This document shows, piece by piece, positions 28,720 to 38,021 of a DNA stretch of 64,000 nucleotides. The DNA is taken from assembly GCA_963663475.2 (NCBI GenBank), contig CAXXJV010000001.1, positions 864,001 to 928,000 on the forward strand, in the 5' to 3' direction. The notes below the pieces were generated by a model. That model saw only the letters and a list, made by a program, of their open reading frames with translations. It made no database searches and was not told where the DNA came from. The position numbers were made by a program, and so were the translations under genes. The stretch is from Candidatus Cloacimonadales bacterium. Its GTDB lineage: Bacteria > Cloacimonadota > Cloacimonadia > Cloacimonadales > JAFGVF01. Within the stretch, counting starts at the first letter, position 1; each line of letters begins with the position of its first letter.

Positions 28720-29340
28720 CTTCACCTTGTTGTTGGCCATCAACGTAATTTACTAATTATCTGTAGTCCTATCTTCATTGTACAATATTTCTTCACCTTG
28801 TTGTTGGCCATCAACGTAATAGGTTTTAAGCATTATATTTCCATAAAGAGAATATGTTATTGTCTCACCTTGTCTTCTGCCATCAACGTAATTGGCTTTA
28901 GTCCGTATATTCCCATTTTTATAATACGATATTTCTTCACCTTGTTTTTTGCCATCAACGTAATTGGCTTTAGTCCGTATATTCCCATTTTTATAATACG
29001 ATATTTCTTCACCTTGTTGTTGGTCATCTACGAAATTGGCTTTAACTTTTATACTTCCATCTTCATGATAAAAAATTACTTCACCTTGTTGTTGGTCATC
29101 TACGAAATTGGCTTTAACTTTTATACTTCCATCTTCATTATAGAAGGATGCTTCACCTTGTTGTTGGCCATCTACGAAATGGGCTTTACTTTCTATAGTC
29201 CCATCTATACGAAACCATATTACTTCACCTTGTAGTTTACCATCTACGTAATTGGCTTTACCCTCTATATCTCCTCCTCCATTATACCATATATTTTCAC
29301 CTTGTTTTTTACCATCTACGTAATTGGCTTTGGTCCATTT
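28720..29340 (-). repeat. 72-bp coding tandem repeat array
   Basis: TCACCTTG recurs every 72 bp; some adjacent units are nearly identical. Confidence 0.9.
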
Positions 29341-29865
29341 ACCTCTACACTCAGAAAACGTAATTTCTTCGCCATGCTTAACTCCATTTTTGAAATCATT
29401 TTCCACGATATAACACTCCGAATAACAATCTGATTGATCCCAGAGAGCAATAGTACCATTGAGAGGTAAATGAGAAATTTTGTAGTAAATCCTTGTAGTA
29501 TCATCTTCAACATCTAGTATATCTTCAAATTCTGAATATTGTTCACTATAAATGTCCTTTATATCTAAAGGTTCTACATCCTTGAATTCTGAATTTTGTT
29601 TGCTATACAATAATCCCCAAGTAAAATCTTCTTGCCATAAACTACTGGCTGTTATTATACCATTTTTAACATCTAACTCATACATTAGAATCTCATTATC
29701 ATCATAGTGCTGTATTGTCCCAGTAAAGGGTTTATTCTCGTCATTTTTAATAACAAAAATATCTTCTTTTTCATAATAAGCTATCTCATCTGAGCTTATT
29801 GTCTTTTCACAACTGGTAAGTAAAAATACAAGCAAAATTAATAAAATTATCTTAAAGATTTTCAT
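28753..29865 (-). CDS. MORN-variant (YwqK-like) repeat lipoprotein; last repeat frameshifted
   Basis: Lipobox LTSC; tandem 24-aa QGE..Y..xG.I..KANyVDG repeats. Confidence 0.85.
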   Translation of the reverse strand: MKIFKIILLILLVFLLTSCEKTISSDEIAYYEKEDIFVIKNDENKPFTGTIQHYDDNEILMYELDVKNGIITASSLWQEDFTWGLLYSKQNSEFKDVEPLDIKDIYSEQYSEFEDILDVEDDTTRIYYKISHLPLNGTIALWDQSDCYSECYIVENDFKNGVKHGEEITFSECRGKWTKANYVDGKKQGENIWYNGGGDIEGKANYVDGKLQGEVIWFRIDGTIESKAHFVDGQQQGEASFYNEDGSIKVKANFVDDQQQGEVIFYHEDGSIKVKANFVDDQQQGEEISYYKNGNIRTKANYVDGKKQGEEISYYKNGNIRTKANYVDGRRQGETITYSLYGNIMLKTYYVDGQQQGEEILYNEDRTTDN

Positions 29866-29985
29866 AACATCTCCTTATTACGCATTATCAAAAACATCCA
29901 CATCATTGTTATTAAGTACAAGTAGCTTAGTAGAATTTTATAGAAACAATTGCACTTTTCTTAAAATTCTTCAGAAACATTTAGG

Positions 29986-30155
29986 TTAAACCCAAATAAT
30001 GCAGTAGACCTTTGTGAACAGCACTATATTCTTCTGCAAAAGTAACTTCCATAATTTCTCCGAATATATAAAATATATGCGTCAAAATTCTGTAAGCTAT
30101 TTTGCTAGAATAATCTGCACTCTTCACTAAAGCTCTACTACACTATCTGGGTTAA
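29986..30155 (+). mobile_element. MITE family A, short form
   Basis: TTAAACCCAAATAATGCAGTAGACCTTTG...CTACACTATCTGGGTTAA. Confidence 0.88.
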
Positions 30156-30168
30156 AAATATTTGTATA

Positions 30169-30549
30169 TTATTTATCTCGGTAAGCCAGTTTTCCTGATG
30201 AGCTTCTTTCAAGCCTATGTATTTGATGATTTTGCTTGATAGAAATAGAAATTAATTTATAAAAGGAGTTACTATAAGTAATATTAATTGTAGCTCCAAC
30301 TTGCAGTTGTTTACCTATATCGAAATTATGTATAGTTTTATAGGCAGTTAAAGTTTCATCAATTTCTTCAAGGCTAAATCCTTGATTAAGCATGATTGAT
30401 TGAAAAAACATTCCAGATTTTATTACTATACTTGTATCTATGATAGTTTGAGCTTTTTCTTGGCTTATTACTTCTTGCTTTTCTTTACACCCCAAAAAGA
30501 ACAAGAATATAGATAGGAATAGAACAAATAGCTTCATATTTTTTTTCAT
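30169..30549 (-). CDS. Lipoprotein resembling the N-terminal (LysM/OapA-like) part of M23 DD-endopeptidases; possibly truncated
   Basis: Lipobox FLGC; IKSGMFFQSIM..QGFS.EEI...KQLQVGATINI pattern; no HxxxD/HxH catalytic domain. Confidence 0.5.
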   Translation of the reverse strand: MKKNMKLFVLFLSIFLFFLGCKEKQEVISQEKAQTIIDTSIVIKSGMFFQSIMLNQGFSLEEIDETLTAYKTIHNFDIGKQLQVGATINITYSNSFYKLISISIKQNHQIHRLERSSSGKLAYRDK

Positions 30550-31376
30550 TTTATTAACACCACAGGTTTATGTTTTTCTCCATCACAAGTATATCCTAAT
30601 TTTAGTAGATAATAGATAGTATTTGCTGGCAAATCTCTGAATTTAGCATTCAATATAGGACTTACCTGTTCAGAAAGAATTTCATTCATTGGTGATAAAG
30701 TAGGGTAAGTAGTCATTTCTATTTCATTAAATTTACTAACAAGTATTTCAGGATAAGAAACTTGAATATTTATGTTTTCAAAAACAATATCCATAAAAGT
30801 AGATATATAGACTAAGTCTTCATAATTTATGTTTGATTTTCTATAAAATGTCCCGATATTTATTGTATCAAGTTGGTAGTAATTAATCAAGTTAGTAATC
30901 ATAGTCTTGAATGTAACTAGTTTATCAATGATAGTATTTTTTTTGTTAGCATCTTCTTTTAATCGACTTAAGTCATTTTCAAGAGATAAAAAACTATTTT
31001 GACTCGATAAGCATAAGTTTTGAAGTTGATTTAAATCTTGTGATTGATCGAAAGATAAAAGCTTAGGTTTAACAAATTTTAAAAGAGACTTCACTGTAAA
31101 TTGAATACTAAACTCATTATTTTTTTTACGAAGTTTATCATTTTCTTCATTTATTTTCCTAAGAGATAGATTGTTTTCTTTGATAATTTTGTTAAGTTTC
31201 TTGCACTTTCTAATTTCAAAAATGTGGAATATAAGGATATTCAAAATTACTATTATTACAAGTGAGATTTCAATGATAAGTCCATAATTGAAATTGACAG
31301 TCATGAATTGTGAATATATTAGTAATAATAATACAAGAAGTAAGAGTGAGTTGATCGTCATCTCAAGTGTTTTCAT
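30546..31376 (-). CDS. 2-TM coiled-coil protein with GrpE-like C-terminus
   Basis: TMs, coiled coil, then YPEILVSKFN...NTIYYLLKLGYTCDGEKHKPVVLIK. Confidence 0.6.
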   Translation of the reverse strand: MKTLEMTINSLLLLVLLLLIYSQFMTVNFNYGLIIEISLVIIVILNILIFHIFEIRKCKKLNKIIKENNLSLRKINEENDKLRKKNNEFSIQFTVKSLLKFVKPKLLSFDQSQDLNQLQNLCLSSQNSFLSLENDLSRLKEDANKKNTIIDKLVTFKTMITNLINYYQLDTINIGTFYRKSNINYEDLVYISTFMDIVFENINIQVSYPEILVSKFNEIEMTTYPTLSPMNEILSEQVSPILNAKFRDLPANTIYYLLKLGYTCDGEKHKPVVLIK

Positions 31377-31384
31377 TTGTTCTC

Positions 31385-34069
31385 CTAAAAGTATGGCCAG
31401 AGTTTTTTACAGGTGTGTTCGTTCCAGATTTTCCCCGATAAAGGGCTAATAGAATAATCAGTATTTGCGACAGAGAAGGTATAATATAAATTATTATATT
31501 GCAATGAATTATTTATAATCTCTTGTCCCCGAATAGGATCGTTATTTATTGTTAAATCACCATCAATTGCTTTAAGACACAAATCGTAATTAGTATCATT
31601 ATTCAATTTCAGGTTATCTAAAGAAATATTTAAGATGTCATTTTTACATAAATCATTAGGGGTACATATTTTTATTGGATCGACAAAACCATCAGCTCTT
31701 GAAAAAATCAAAGAGAAGAGAGGTTTGTTTGGAGTAAGATAGTCCATAGCTCTATTAAAATATTCATAAGCTCCTTGGGCAGTGACTATTTTAGACTCAT
31801 CAGAGTAAATATCAAAATTTAGAGATTTTTTTAGACATTTTTTTAGACATTTTTTTAGAATTGTTTTTGGAGACCAAAATTTACCAAGTACCTCTTCTTT
31901 AATATTTTTAATCATTTGCTTTCTAAGCTCTGGTAACTTTATGCTACGTCCAGAAAGAATGATTCGGTCAATTTTATATGATTGAATACCTTCTAGGAAG
32001 GAGTGAATCAGTTTTTTATTGAAATTAGTTTTAAAATCAACAAAAGTAGGACTAGTAATTAACTCATTTCTTAAATTTTTCAGCTGTTCTTGATTATAGT
32101 TATCTTCACCTAATCGCAATCTTCCTAACTGTTGATAAAGATTATCTTCTAGAATATCATCATAACGATTTTCCTTAAGTAGTTTTATGAAATATTTAAA
32201 TATGAATTTTTCATAGCTATTCAATTCATGGTGACTTATATTTTTTTTCCTTAGATAATTATCTGCTAGTAAGAAATCTATGTAATCACCAGCTCCTAAG
32301 ACAGACGTACTTTTAACTATTGAATTTCTAGCTTCATTATCCTGAGGAGAATGGTTAGATTGGAAAAAGGTAAGGTCTATTGTTCCAGCCCCAATATCAA
32401 TAGCTAAAATATTCTCCACTCTTCTTCGTAAATTAAACTCAATTCTCTTGAAATAATTTTCATAGCCCCTACCGTCTCTCAATTTGATGAAGTCATTTCT
32501 TTTCTTTTTATCATAGTTCGCTATAACAGCCTCTGCTTCTGTTATTATATTTACATCAAGACAATTTTGAGACTGATAAAATGCATCCTTTAAAGTCTTC
32601 TTATTTGCTAAAGTAAAAGTTTTGGGAACAGTTATGATATATTTTTTCAAAATCGTATCATCTAACCCTATTCTTCTAATCAGTGCATTTGTATAAATTT
32701 CAATAATCCTTTCAATCTCAATTCCTTGGTATTGGTTATGACCAAGGATTAACTTAATTGCTGGGACTAGTATTTTTTTATTATCTTGATTTAAGGCATT
32801 AAGGTCAGACCATCTTTCAATAAAAGAGAACATTCTAATCTCAATTTTTTTAATAAAAATATTTATGATATTTTCAAGAGTTGAGTAACTTTCTTCAAAG
32901 ATATTCATTAAATGATTTACATCTTGATTATTGTTATTCTGGATTTGCCTGCATATGTCTGACCACAATTCATTATTGCCTAACAGAGTTTGAAATTCAC
33001 TGATAAAGGGAGATATTTTTTGCTGGGTTTCTTCATTAATCCAAGAATTTGGTCCAAAAATACTAGCATGTTGTATTTTTAGATTAGCTATTGTGGGGTG
33101 GGCAATACTAGCAATAAAGTCAATTTTCTCTTTTAATTGACCCAATAGATATTGTCTAATCTCAGAAATAGGTATACTGGTATCGAGAACACCTATTGCA
33201 CTAAGAATATGAGGATCTTTTTCTATAACCCCAGCATTGCTATCTGGATTATCATTGAATACCTTTGTCTTAATAAGTCCATTTTGATATTTATAATTAA
33301 CCACTATTCCACTCGTTCCCATATCTATAGCAATATTAACAAAATTATCAACTCGAATAATAATAATTTCATAAGTATGTTCAATTTCTCCATTATTTAG
33401 TATGTCTATGCTGATTCTGTTTTCACCAATATTCAAGTTTTGAAGATTGATGTTGGGCTTATTATTGAATTCTTGATCGTCTAATCTTAGGTTTAATTTA
33501 TAATTATTATTTACATCATTATCTCTCATATTTGATATACTTATATGGATTCCTTTGTGGTGACAATAAACAATATATCTTTTTCTTGAACTATAAAAAT
33601 TATGCTGGCCAATACGTAATTGGAAGCTATCTGTGTCTGGTAAGTTTCTAATGTTAGGGGAGTATTCTATTTCTCTTAAGGTTTTATTATTAAAACTCAA
33701 ATATATTTTTACGTCAATTTTCGGAATCAACCCATCACCAATACCTTTCCAATTTGGATCTTGATGATTTAGCTTTATTTGTAAGCAATTATTATCACTT
33801 TTTAAAATTTCAGCAGTTAATTGTGTTACAAGTGTTTCTTGAAAAATATCATTGTGGAAGATATAAGCTTCTATTTTAATGATGTCTTGCAGGATATAGT
33901 CACTAATGACATATTTATGTAACCACCATAGATTGGATATAACAAGGCTACCAAGATAATTGTTATCAGCTAAATCAGATTCATACTTAACACTAATATC
34001 TTTAATTTGTAGTACTTTTTTAACAATTTCATTTTTTTTATCATCAGGGATAATACTTGAAATAAACAT
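31385..34069 (-). CDS. Divergent Hsp70/actin-fold (ASKHA) ATPase with N-terminal cadherin-like beta-sandwich
   Basis: IAIDMGTSG, ITVP, ITEAEAV, LAIDIGAGTIDL, GAGDYID, ILSGRSIKLP, TAQGA. Confidence 0.85.
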   Translation of the reverse strand: MFISSIIPDDKKNEIVKKVLQIKDISVKYESDLADNNYLGSLVISNLWWLHKYVISDYILQDIIKIEAYIFHNDIFQETLVTQLTAEILKSDNNCLQIKLNHQDPNWKGIGDGLIPKIDVKIYLSFNNKTLREIEYSPNIRNLPDTDSFQLRIGQHNFYSSRKRYIVYCHHKGIHISISNMRDNDVNNNYKLNLRLDDQEFNNKPNINLQNLNIGENRISIDILNNGEIEHTYEIIIIRVDNFVNIAIDMGTSGIVVNYKYQNGLIKTKVFNDNPDSNAGVIEKDPHILSAIGVLDTSIPISEIRQYLLGQLKEKIDFIASIAHPTIANLKIQHASIFGPNSWINEETQQKISPFISEFQTLLGNNELWSDICRQIQNNNNQDVNHLMNIFEESYSTLENIINIFIKKIEIRMFSFIERWSDLNALNQDNKKILVPAIKLILGHNQYQGIEIERIIEIYTNALIRRIGLDDTILKKYIITVPKTFTLANKKTLKDAFYQSQNCLDVNIITEAEAVIANYDKKKRNDFIKLRDGRGYENYFKRIEFNLRRRVENILAIDIGAGTIDLTFFQSNHSPQDNEARNSIVKSTSVLGAGDYIDFLLADNYLRKKNISHHELNSYEKFIFKYFIKLLKENRYDDILEDNLYQQLGRLRLGEDNYNQEQLKNLRNELITSPTFVDFKTNFNKKLIHSFLEGIQSYKIDRIILSGRSIKLPELRKQMIKNIKEEVLGKFWSPKTILKKCLKKCLKKSLNFDIYSDESKIVTAQGAYEYFNRAMDYLTPNKPLFSLIFSRADGFVDPIKICTPNDLCKNDILNISLDNLKLNNDTNYDLCLKAIDGDLTINNDPIRGQEIINNSLQYNNLYYTFSVANTDYSISPLSGKIWNEHTCKKLWPYF

Positions 34070-34086
34070 TTCATTCCTCCTTAGAA

Positions 34087-37002
34087 TTATAAGTTGTTAT
34101 ATTCTTCTTCGATTCTAGTCAAAGAGTAGCTAGAGATAATTAAAATAGTAAATGATGGGATAACAAATAATATATTCGAGAATTTGGCATGGCTTAGTAA
34201 ACAAGCTGGAATACCGACTATCGGAGATGTCCCTGCTACATTACCTATAGTAATAAGGTAATGGGAAATAATTAGTCCAGTTATAGCTAAAATGATATTA
34301 TTATAAGTTTTTTTTATTAGTGCTATTTCAGGATATATACTGTTAATATTACCAGATTTTTTTATGCTATTGAAGAATAACCAGAAAATTATCGATGCTA
34401 ACCATACAATTCCCCACCTTTTATATATAAAAAAGAAAAAGGATAAGGAAAAGTCATCTTTAATCTGTGGGACATTATCCAGTAGTGAAATTGAAGATAT
34501 GTTGCTGTTCAAAAAATGAGAAGATAGGTAAAATTGTTCATTTAGTATTGTCCATGGGTATCGGCACATGAAAAATCTTTGATGAAGGTAGGTTCCATTT
34601 GCAAAGTTGAAATAAGTTATGTAGCAGATGAAAAATAGCATTAATAGAGCAAAAGAAGAAAGATGTCTACTCTTTTCTTGGAGGAAAACTATTATAAATG
34701 ATATACTGAAAATAACCATATAGGATTGGTCATCCAAGCAAAAGGCAAAAGATATCGCTAGAATAAAACAGAGAATCCAACCCCAATACCTTGATAATGA
34801 ACTATTTTTACTATAAATATAAGTTGCCATAATAATAAATATTAGTTTTATTAATTCAAAGATAGGAAGATGTCTTCCAACCATAAGGATTCCTAACTCA
34901 TTTCCTCGAATTATCTGAAAAAAGAACAAAAGTAAAGAGTAGAAAAATATTTGAGGGAAAATATTGTATTTATTCTTATTAGCTTCAGTATTAAGGGTAC
35001 TATTTAAAAGGCCAAAAAAACCTTTTTTAAATGGGTCATCAGCTATATAATAAAATTTTTTAAATAAATAGCCGATAATAGAGACTGTAGCCAATGAGAA
35101 GATAATTCCGACTTTTAGTGACCTAATAAGTTCATTTTGCAAATAGTGAAGTCTGGGGGAATAAAAACTCATGATTGTCAAGTTTAACAAACCTTGGTAA
35201 CATAGTAATATAAAGATCAAGATAAAAGTTATTATTTGATTATCTATCCTTAAATATTGCATCAAGAAAATAACAAGAAGAGCAATAATGGAAAATATGC
35301 CTGTGATTTTGAGAATCTTATGGCGTATATTAACAGGTTTTGAGTAATTAATTTTAGTTTTCGACGAATGCTGACTATTTGTAAGTTCATTAGAAAATGT
35401 AAAATCATCTTGGTAGTAGTACTTTCTATTCTCATTTTTTGTATTAGTTATCACTAATAAACTATCTTCTTTTGAAATATCAAAATCAGAGTAGCCGATT
35501 CTAAATGATGGTTGATCATTAAATATTCTTCTTTCTTGAAGTTCATATAAAGAGTTAAAGTTATTTTCTCCCATAGATTTAACTTGAATATTGTGTTTTG
35601 CTCTAGGGCTGTAGTTAATTATTGAAAGGGTAATATCAGTTCTGAAAGAACTTAAACACAATAATATAATAGCTATTAGGAAAGTGACTCTAAAAAAGAG
35701 CATTTTTTTCTGCCAAAGTCTTACCAAAAGTCTTACAATGATTACTTTGATTGCATTCACAATCTTCTTCCATGCTCTATTATTATTAGGTTCTTCTATA
35801 TCATTAACTAAGGGAATATTTTCAATCTTACTCTTATCAGAAGAAAAAATTAAAATCAAATGAATGGTAGCTATATGAATAAAAACAAAAAGAATTATAA
35901 TGTCTAAGGAACTAACCAATGAAATATTACTAATAAGTGGTGTTTGGGTGATTATTAATGACATCCAGTTTAATATTAAATACGTGATAAAAAGGTAAAT
36001 AAGTGATAACACAAAAGTATTAATCAGGGATAATACTTTTGATAAGAGCTTATTTTTTACTGATGACGATCCTATCCTAAATGGCAATGTAAGTATATAA
36101 AATAATCGTGAAGCAAAGAATATAAAAACTCTTAAATTTAATCCTAAGTCGATGTTGATAGTTTCTCCAGTGAGGGTATAATTATGTAAAATATATAAAT
36201 ACATGGTCATGAATAAAAATAATACAATTAGAATTAATATAAGAAATGTTAAAGAGTTATAACTAAAAAACATCGATAGAATAATTAGAGTAATACAGAA
36301 GCAAAAAAACACGATAAACTTAGGAATTTTATTCCATAGTTCTCGATTAAGTTCAACCACCTTACTAGAATTTCTTATAATATATGAGGAAAAATCATTT
36401 AAGTATTTTTTATAAGGTGAGGAAAAGATTCCAATCGCTAATATTAGTAGTATGAGGGAAGGTATAAATCTATTTAAGTATTCAGGTAGATTAAATAAAT
36501 TTGATGTAACCCTAAAAATAACTTTCTGTGGAGAATTAAATTCTTTTGGAGGGAAAAAAGTAAAAGGTAAAGCGCTCCAAAGAAAATGTATTTCTTTATT
36601 ATTGCCATAAGAAATAATCTTAAAAAACTTATAGTCATTAAAGTCAATTTGATTATTATTTAGATTGATTTTATCTCCATCTTTCAACTTGTAATTTGAA
36701 AGGTAACTATTTCTTAGAACAACTCTATTAGTTGCTGATAAATTCTTGAATGAAAAATTTTCATAATCAGAAGAAGTAATAGCTAAATGATGATCACTAA
36801 TTTTGGGTAGATTTAAAACTATATCATTATCATCTGAAGAGCCAAGAGTTAATTCAAAGTCATCACTATTAGCAGGTAAAGGATAGATGTAACTAGTTTC
36901 AGATACTTTTATTATTTTTTCATTTTCCAATTTATGATAGGGAACGATAAAACTTATCATAAACAAAATAATAAAAATTGTGATAGTCAATATATTTCTC
37001 AT
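34087..37002 (-). CDS. FHA-domain + SEDS (FtsW/RodA) family peptidoglycan glycosyltransferase-like protein
   Basis: N-terminal LTLGSSDDNDIVL..ISDHH..KNLSATN..LKDGDKI; many TMs; FELIK, VPQIKDDF, GTSPIVGIPACLLSH. Confidence 0.8.
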   Translation of the reverse strand: MRNILTITIFIILFMISFIVPYHKLENEKIIKVSETSYIYPLPANSDDFELTLGSSDDNDIVLNLPKISDHHLAITSSDYENFSFKNLSATNRVVLRNSYLSNYKLKDGDKINLNNNQIDFNDYKFFKIISYGNNKEIHFLWSALPFTFFPPKEFNSPQKVIFRVTSNLFNLPEYLNRFIPSLILLILAIGIFSSPYKKYLNDFSSYIIRNSSKVVELNRELWNKIPKFIVFFCFCITLIILSMFFSYNSLTFLILILIVLFLFMTMYLYILHNYTLTGETINIDLGLNLRVFIFFASRLFYILTLPFRIGSSSVKNKLLSKVLSLINTFVLSLIYLFITYLILNWMSLIITQTPLISNISLVSSLDIIILFVFIHIATIHLILIFSSDKSKIENIPLVNDIEEPNNNRAWKKIVNAIKVIIVRLLVRLWQKKMLFFRVTFLIAIILLCLSSFRTDITLSIINYSPRAKHNIQVKSMGENNFNSLYELQERRIFNDQPSFRIGYSDFDISKEDSLLVITNTKNENRKYYYQDDFTFSNELTNSQHSSKTKINYSKPVNIRHKILKITGIFSIIALLVIFLMQYLRIDNQIITFILIFILLCYQGLLNLTIMSFYSPRLHYLQNELIRSLKVGIIFSLATVSIIGYLFKKFYYIADDPFKKGFFGLLNSTLNTEANKNKYNIFPQIFFYSLLLFFFQIIRGNELGILMVGRHLPIFELIKLIFIIMATYIYSKNSSLSRYWGWILCFILAISFAFCLDDQSYMVIFSISFIIVFLQEKSRHLSSFALLMLFFICYITYFNFANGTYLHQRFFMCRYPWTILNEQFYLSSHFLNSNISSISLLDNVPQIKDDFSLSFFFFIYKRWGIVWLASIIFWLFFNSIKKSGNINSIYPEIALIKKTYNNIILAITGLIISHYLITIGNVAGTSPIVGIPACLLSHAKFSNILFVIPSFTILIISSYSLTRIEEEYNNL

Positions 37003-38009
37003 TGTTTTTCAACCTTGAGTGTGTATAAGCCAAGATCATAAGTCTCGCCATATTCTATTTCTTTACCATTAATTATCCATTTATTAGTTTCTAGCCTAAT
37101 TTTTTTGGGAAGCTCTGAAGATTCAGATGGGAGATACACTTTCTTGTAGGTGGCATGATTAGTGAAAAAATACTTAGGTATTTCTATTTTTAAATCTATC
37201 TCGCAAGCAAAATCAGATTCAATATCTTCTCTCAGGTTAATACAGCTTGCTCGACTGGCATTACATGAATAACAAATTTCTCCACTGTCATCTTTATAAA
37301 TTCCGATAACTGCTATGTCTTTCCCATTTCCATCTACAAATTCAAAGTTTTTACTGTTAAGATATAGTTCCAGTTTAGTAGTATTCCCTAATCTCTCAAT
37401 CACTTTCTTAGCAATTTCAGATAGTGATGCAAATTTAATTTTTTTTATTAATGTGAATTTACTTAGAAGGTCATTAATATTTATTACTCTTTCCTTTTCA
37501 ACGAGTTCAATATTTTTTTTCTCATCTTCAAAGCTAATTACTTGAGGATTAATATCTCTAATTTGCACAAAATCATTACTAATAACAGATTTACTGTTTG
37601 AATTCATAATAGTAGCAAATGGATCACTACTTATTAAGCAAAATTCATTATCTTTAATATTAAGAGAAATCGCTTTTTTATATGTGAGATTAGATGTACC
37701 ATTTAAATAATACTGATTAGATAAGAATTTATCATGAATCATTAGATAAGCTTTATTGAAGTCAATATGGGAGTATATGGTTTTTAAGTCAATTTTTATC
37801 CCAAGATAAGCTTTTGGCTCTTCGACATCTCCTATAAAGTATCTAAAAACTGAAGGAAGTATCAATGTTAGCTTATTTTTTTCATTACTAATTACTGATT
37901 CCATTTCCTTATTATCTTCATTTTTTGCCTGTATTTTTTCCTTAATCAATTTAGTAATATAGTTATTTGAAATCTCATTTAAATCTAAATTAATTTGAAT
38001 TATTTTCAT
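36999..38009 (-). CDS. Hypothetical protein (possible degenerate FHA-like C-terminus)
   Basis: Coupled ORF; ends WIINGKEIEYGETYDLGLYTLKV. Confidence 0.65.
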   Translation of the reverse strand: MKIIQINLDLNEISNNYITKLIKEKIQAKNEDNKEMESVISNEKNKLTLILPSVFRYFIGDVEEPKAYLGIKIDLKTIYSHIDFNKAYLMIHDKFLSNQYYLNGTSNLTYKKAISLNIKDNEFCLISSDPFATIMNSNSKSVISNDFVQIRDINPQVISFEDEKKNIELVEKERVININDLLSKFTLIKKIKFASLSEIAKKVIERLGNTTKLELYLNSKNFEFVDGNGKDIAVIGIYKDDSGEICYSCNASRASCINLREDIESDFACEIDLKIEIPKYFFTNHATYKKVYLPSESSELPKKIRLETNKWIINGKEIEYGETYDLGLYTLKVEKQ

Positions 38010-38021
38010 GTTTATCCTTCC

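Noticed and set aside
28717-29235. 172-aa plus-strand ORF
   Set aside because: Antisense shadow of the MORN repeat gene.
28720-29340. Regularly spaced repeats as a CRISPR array
   Set aside because: The 72-bp period is in-frame coding MORN repeats; the 'spacers' are homologous to each other and no cas genes are present.
31825-31860. 12-bp tandem repeat x3 (LKKC LKKC LKKS)
   Set aside because: In-frame slippage duplication with no evidence of phase variation.
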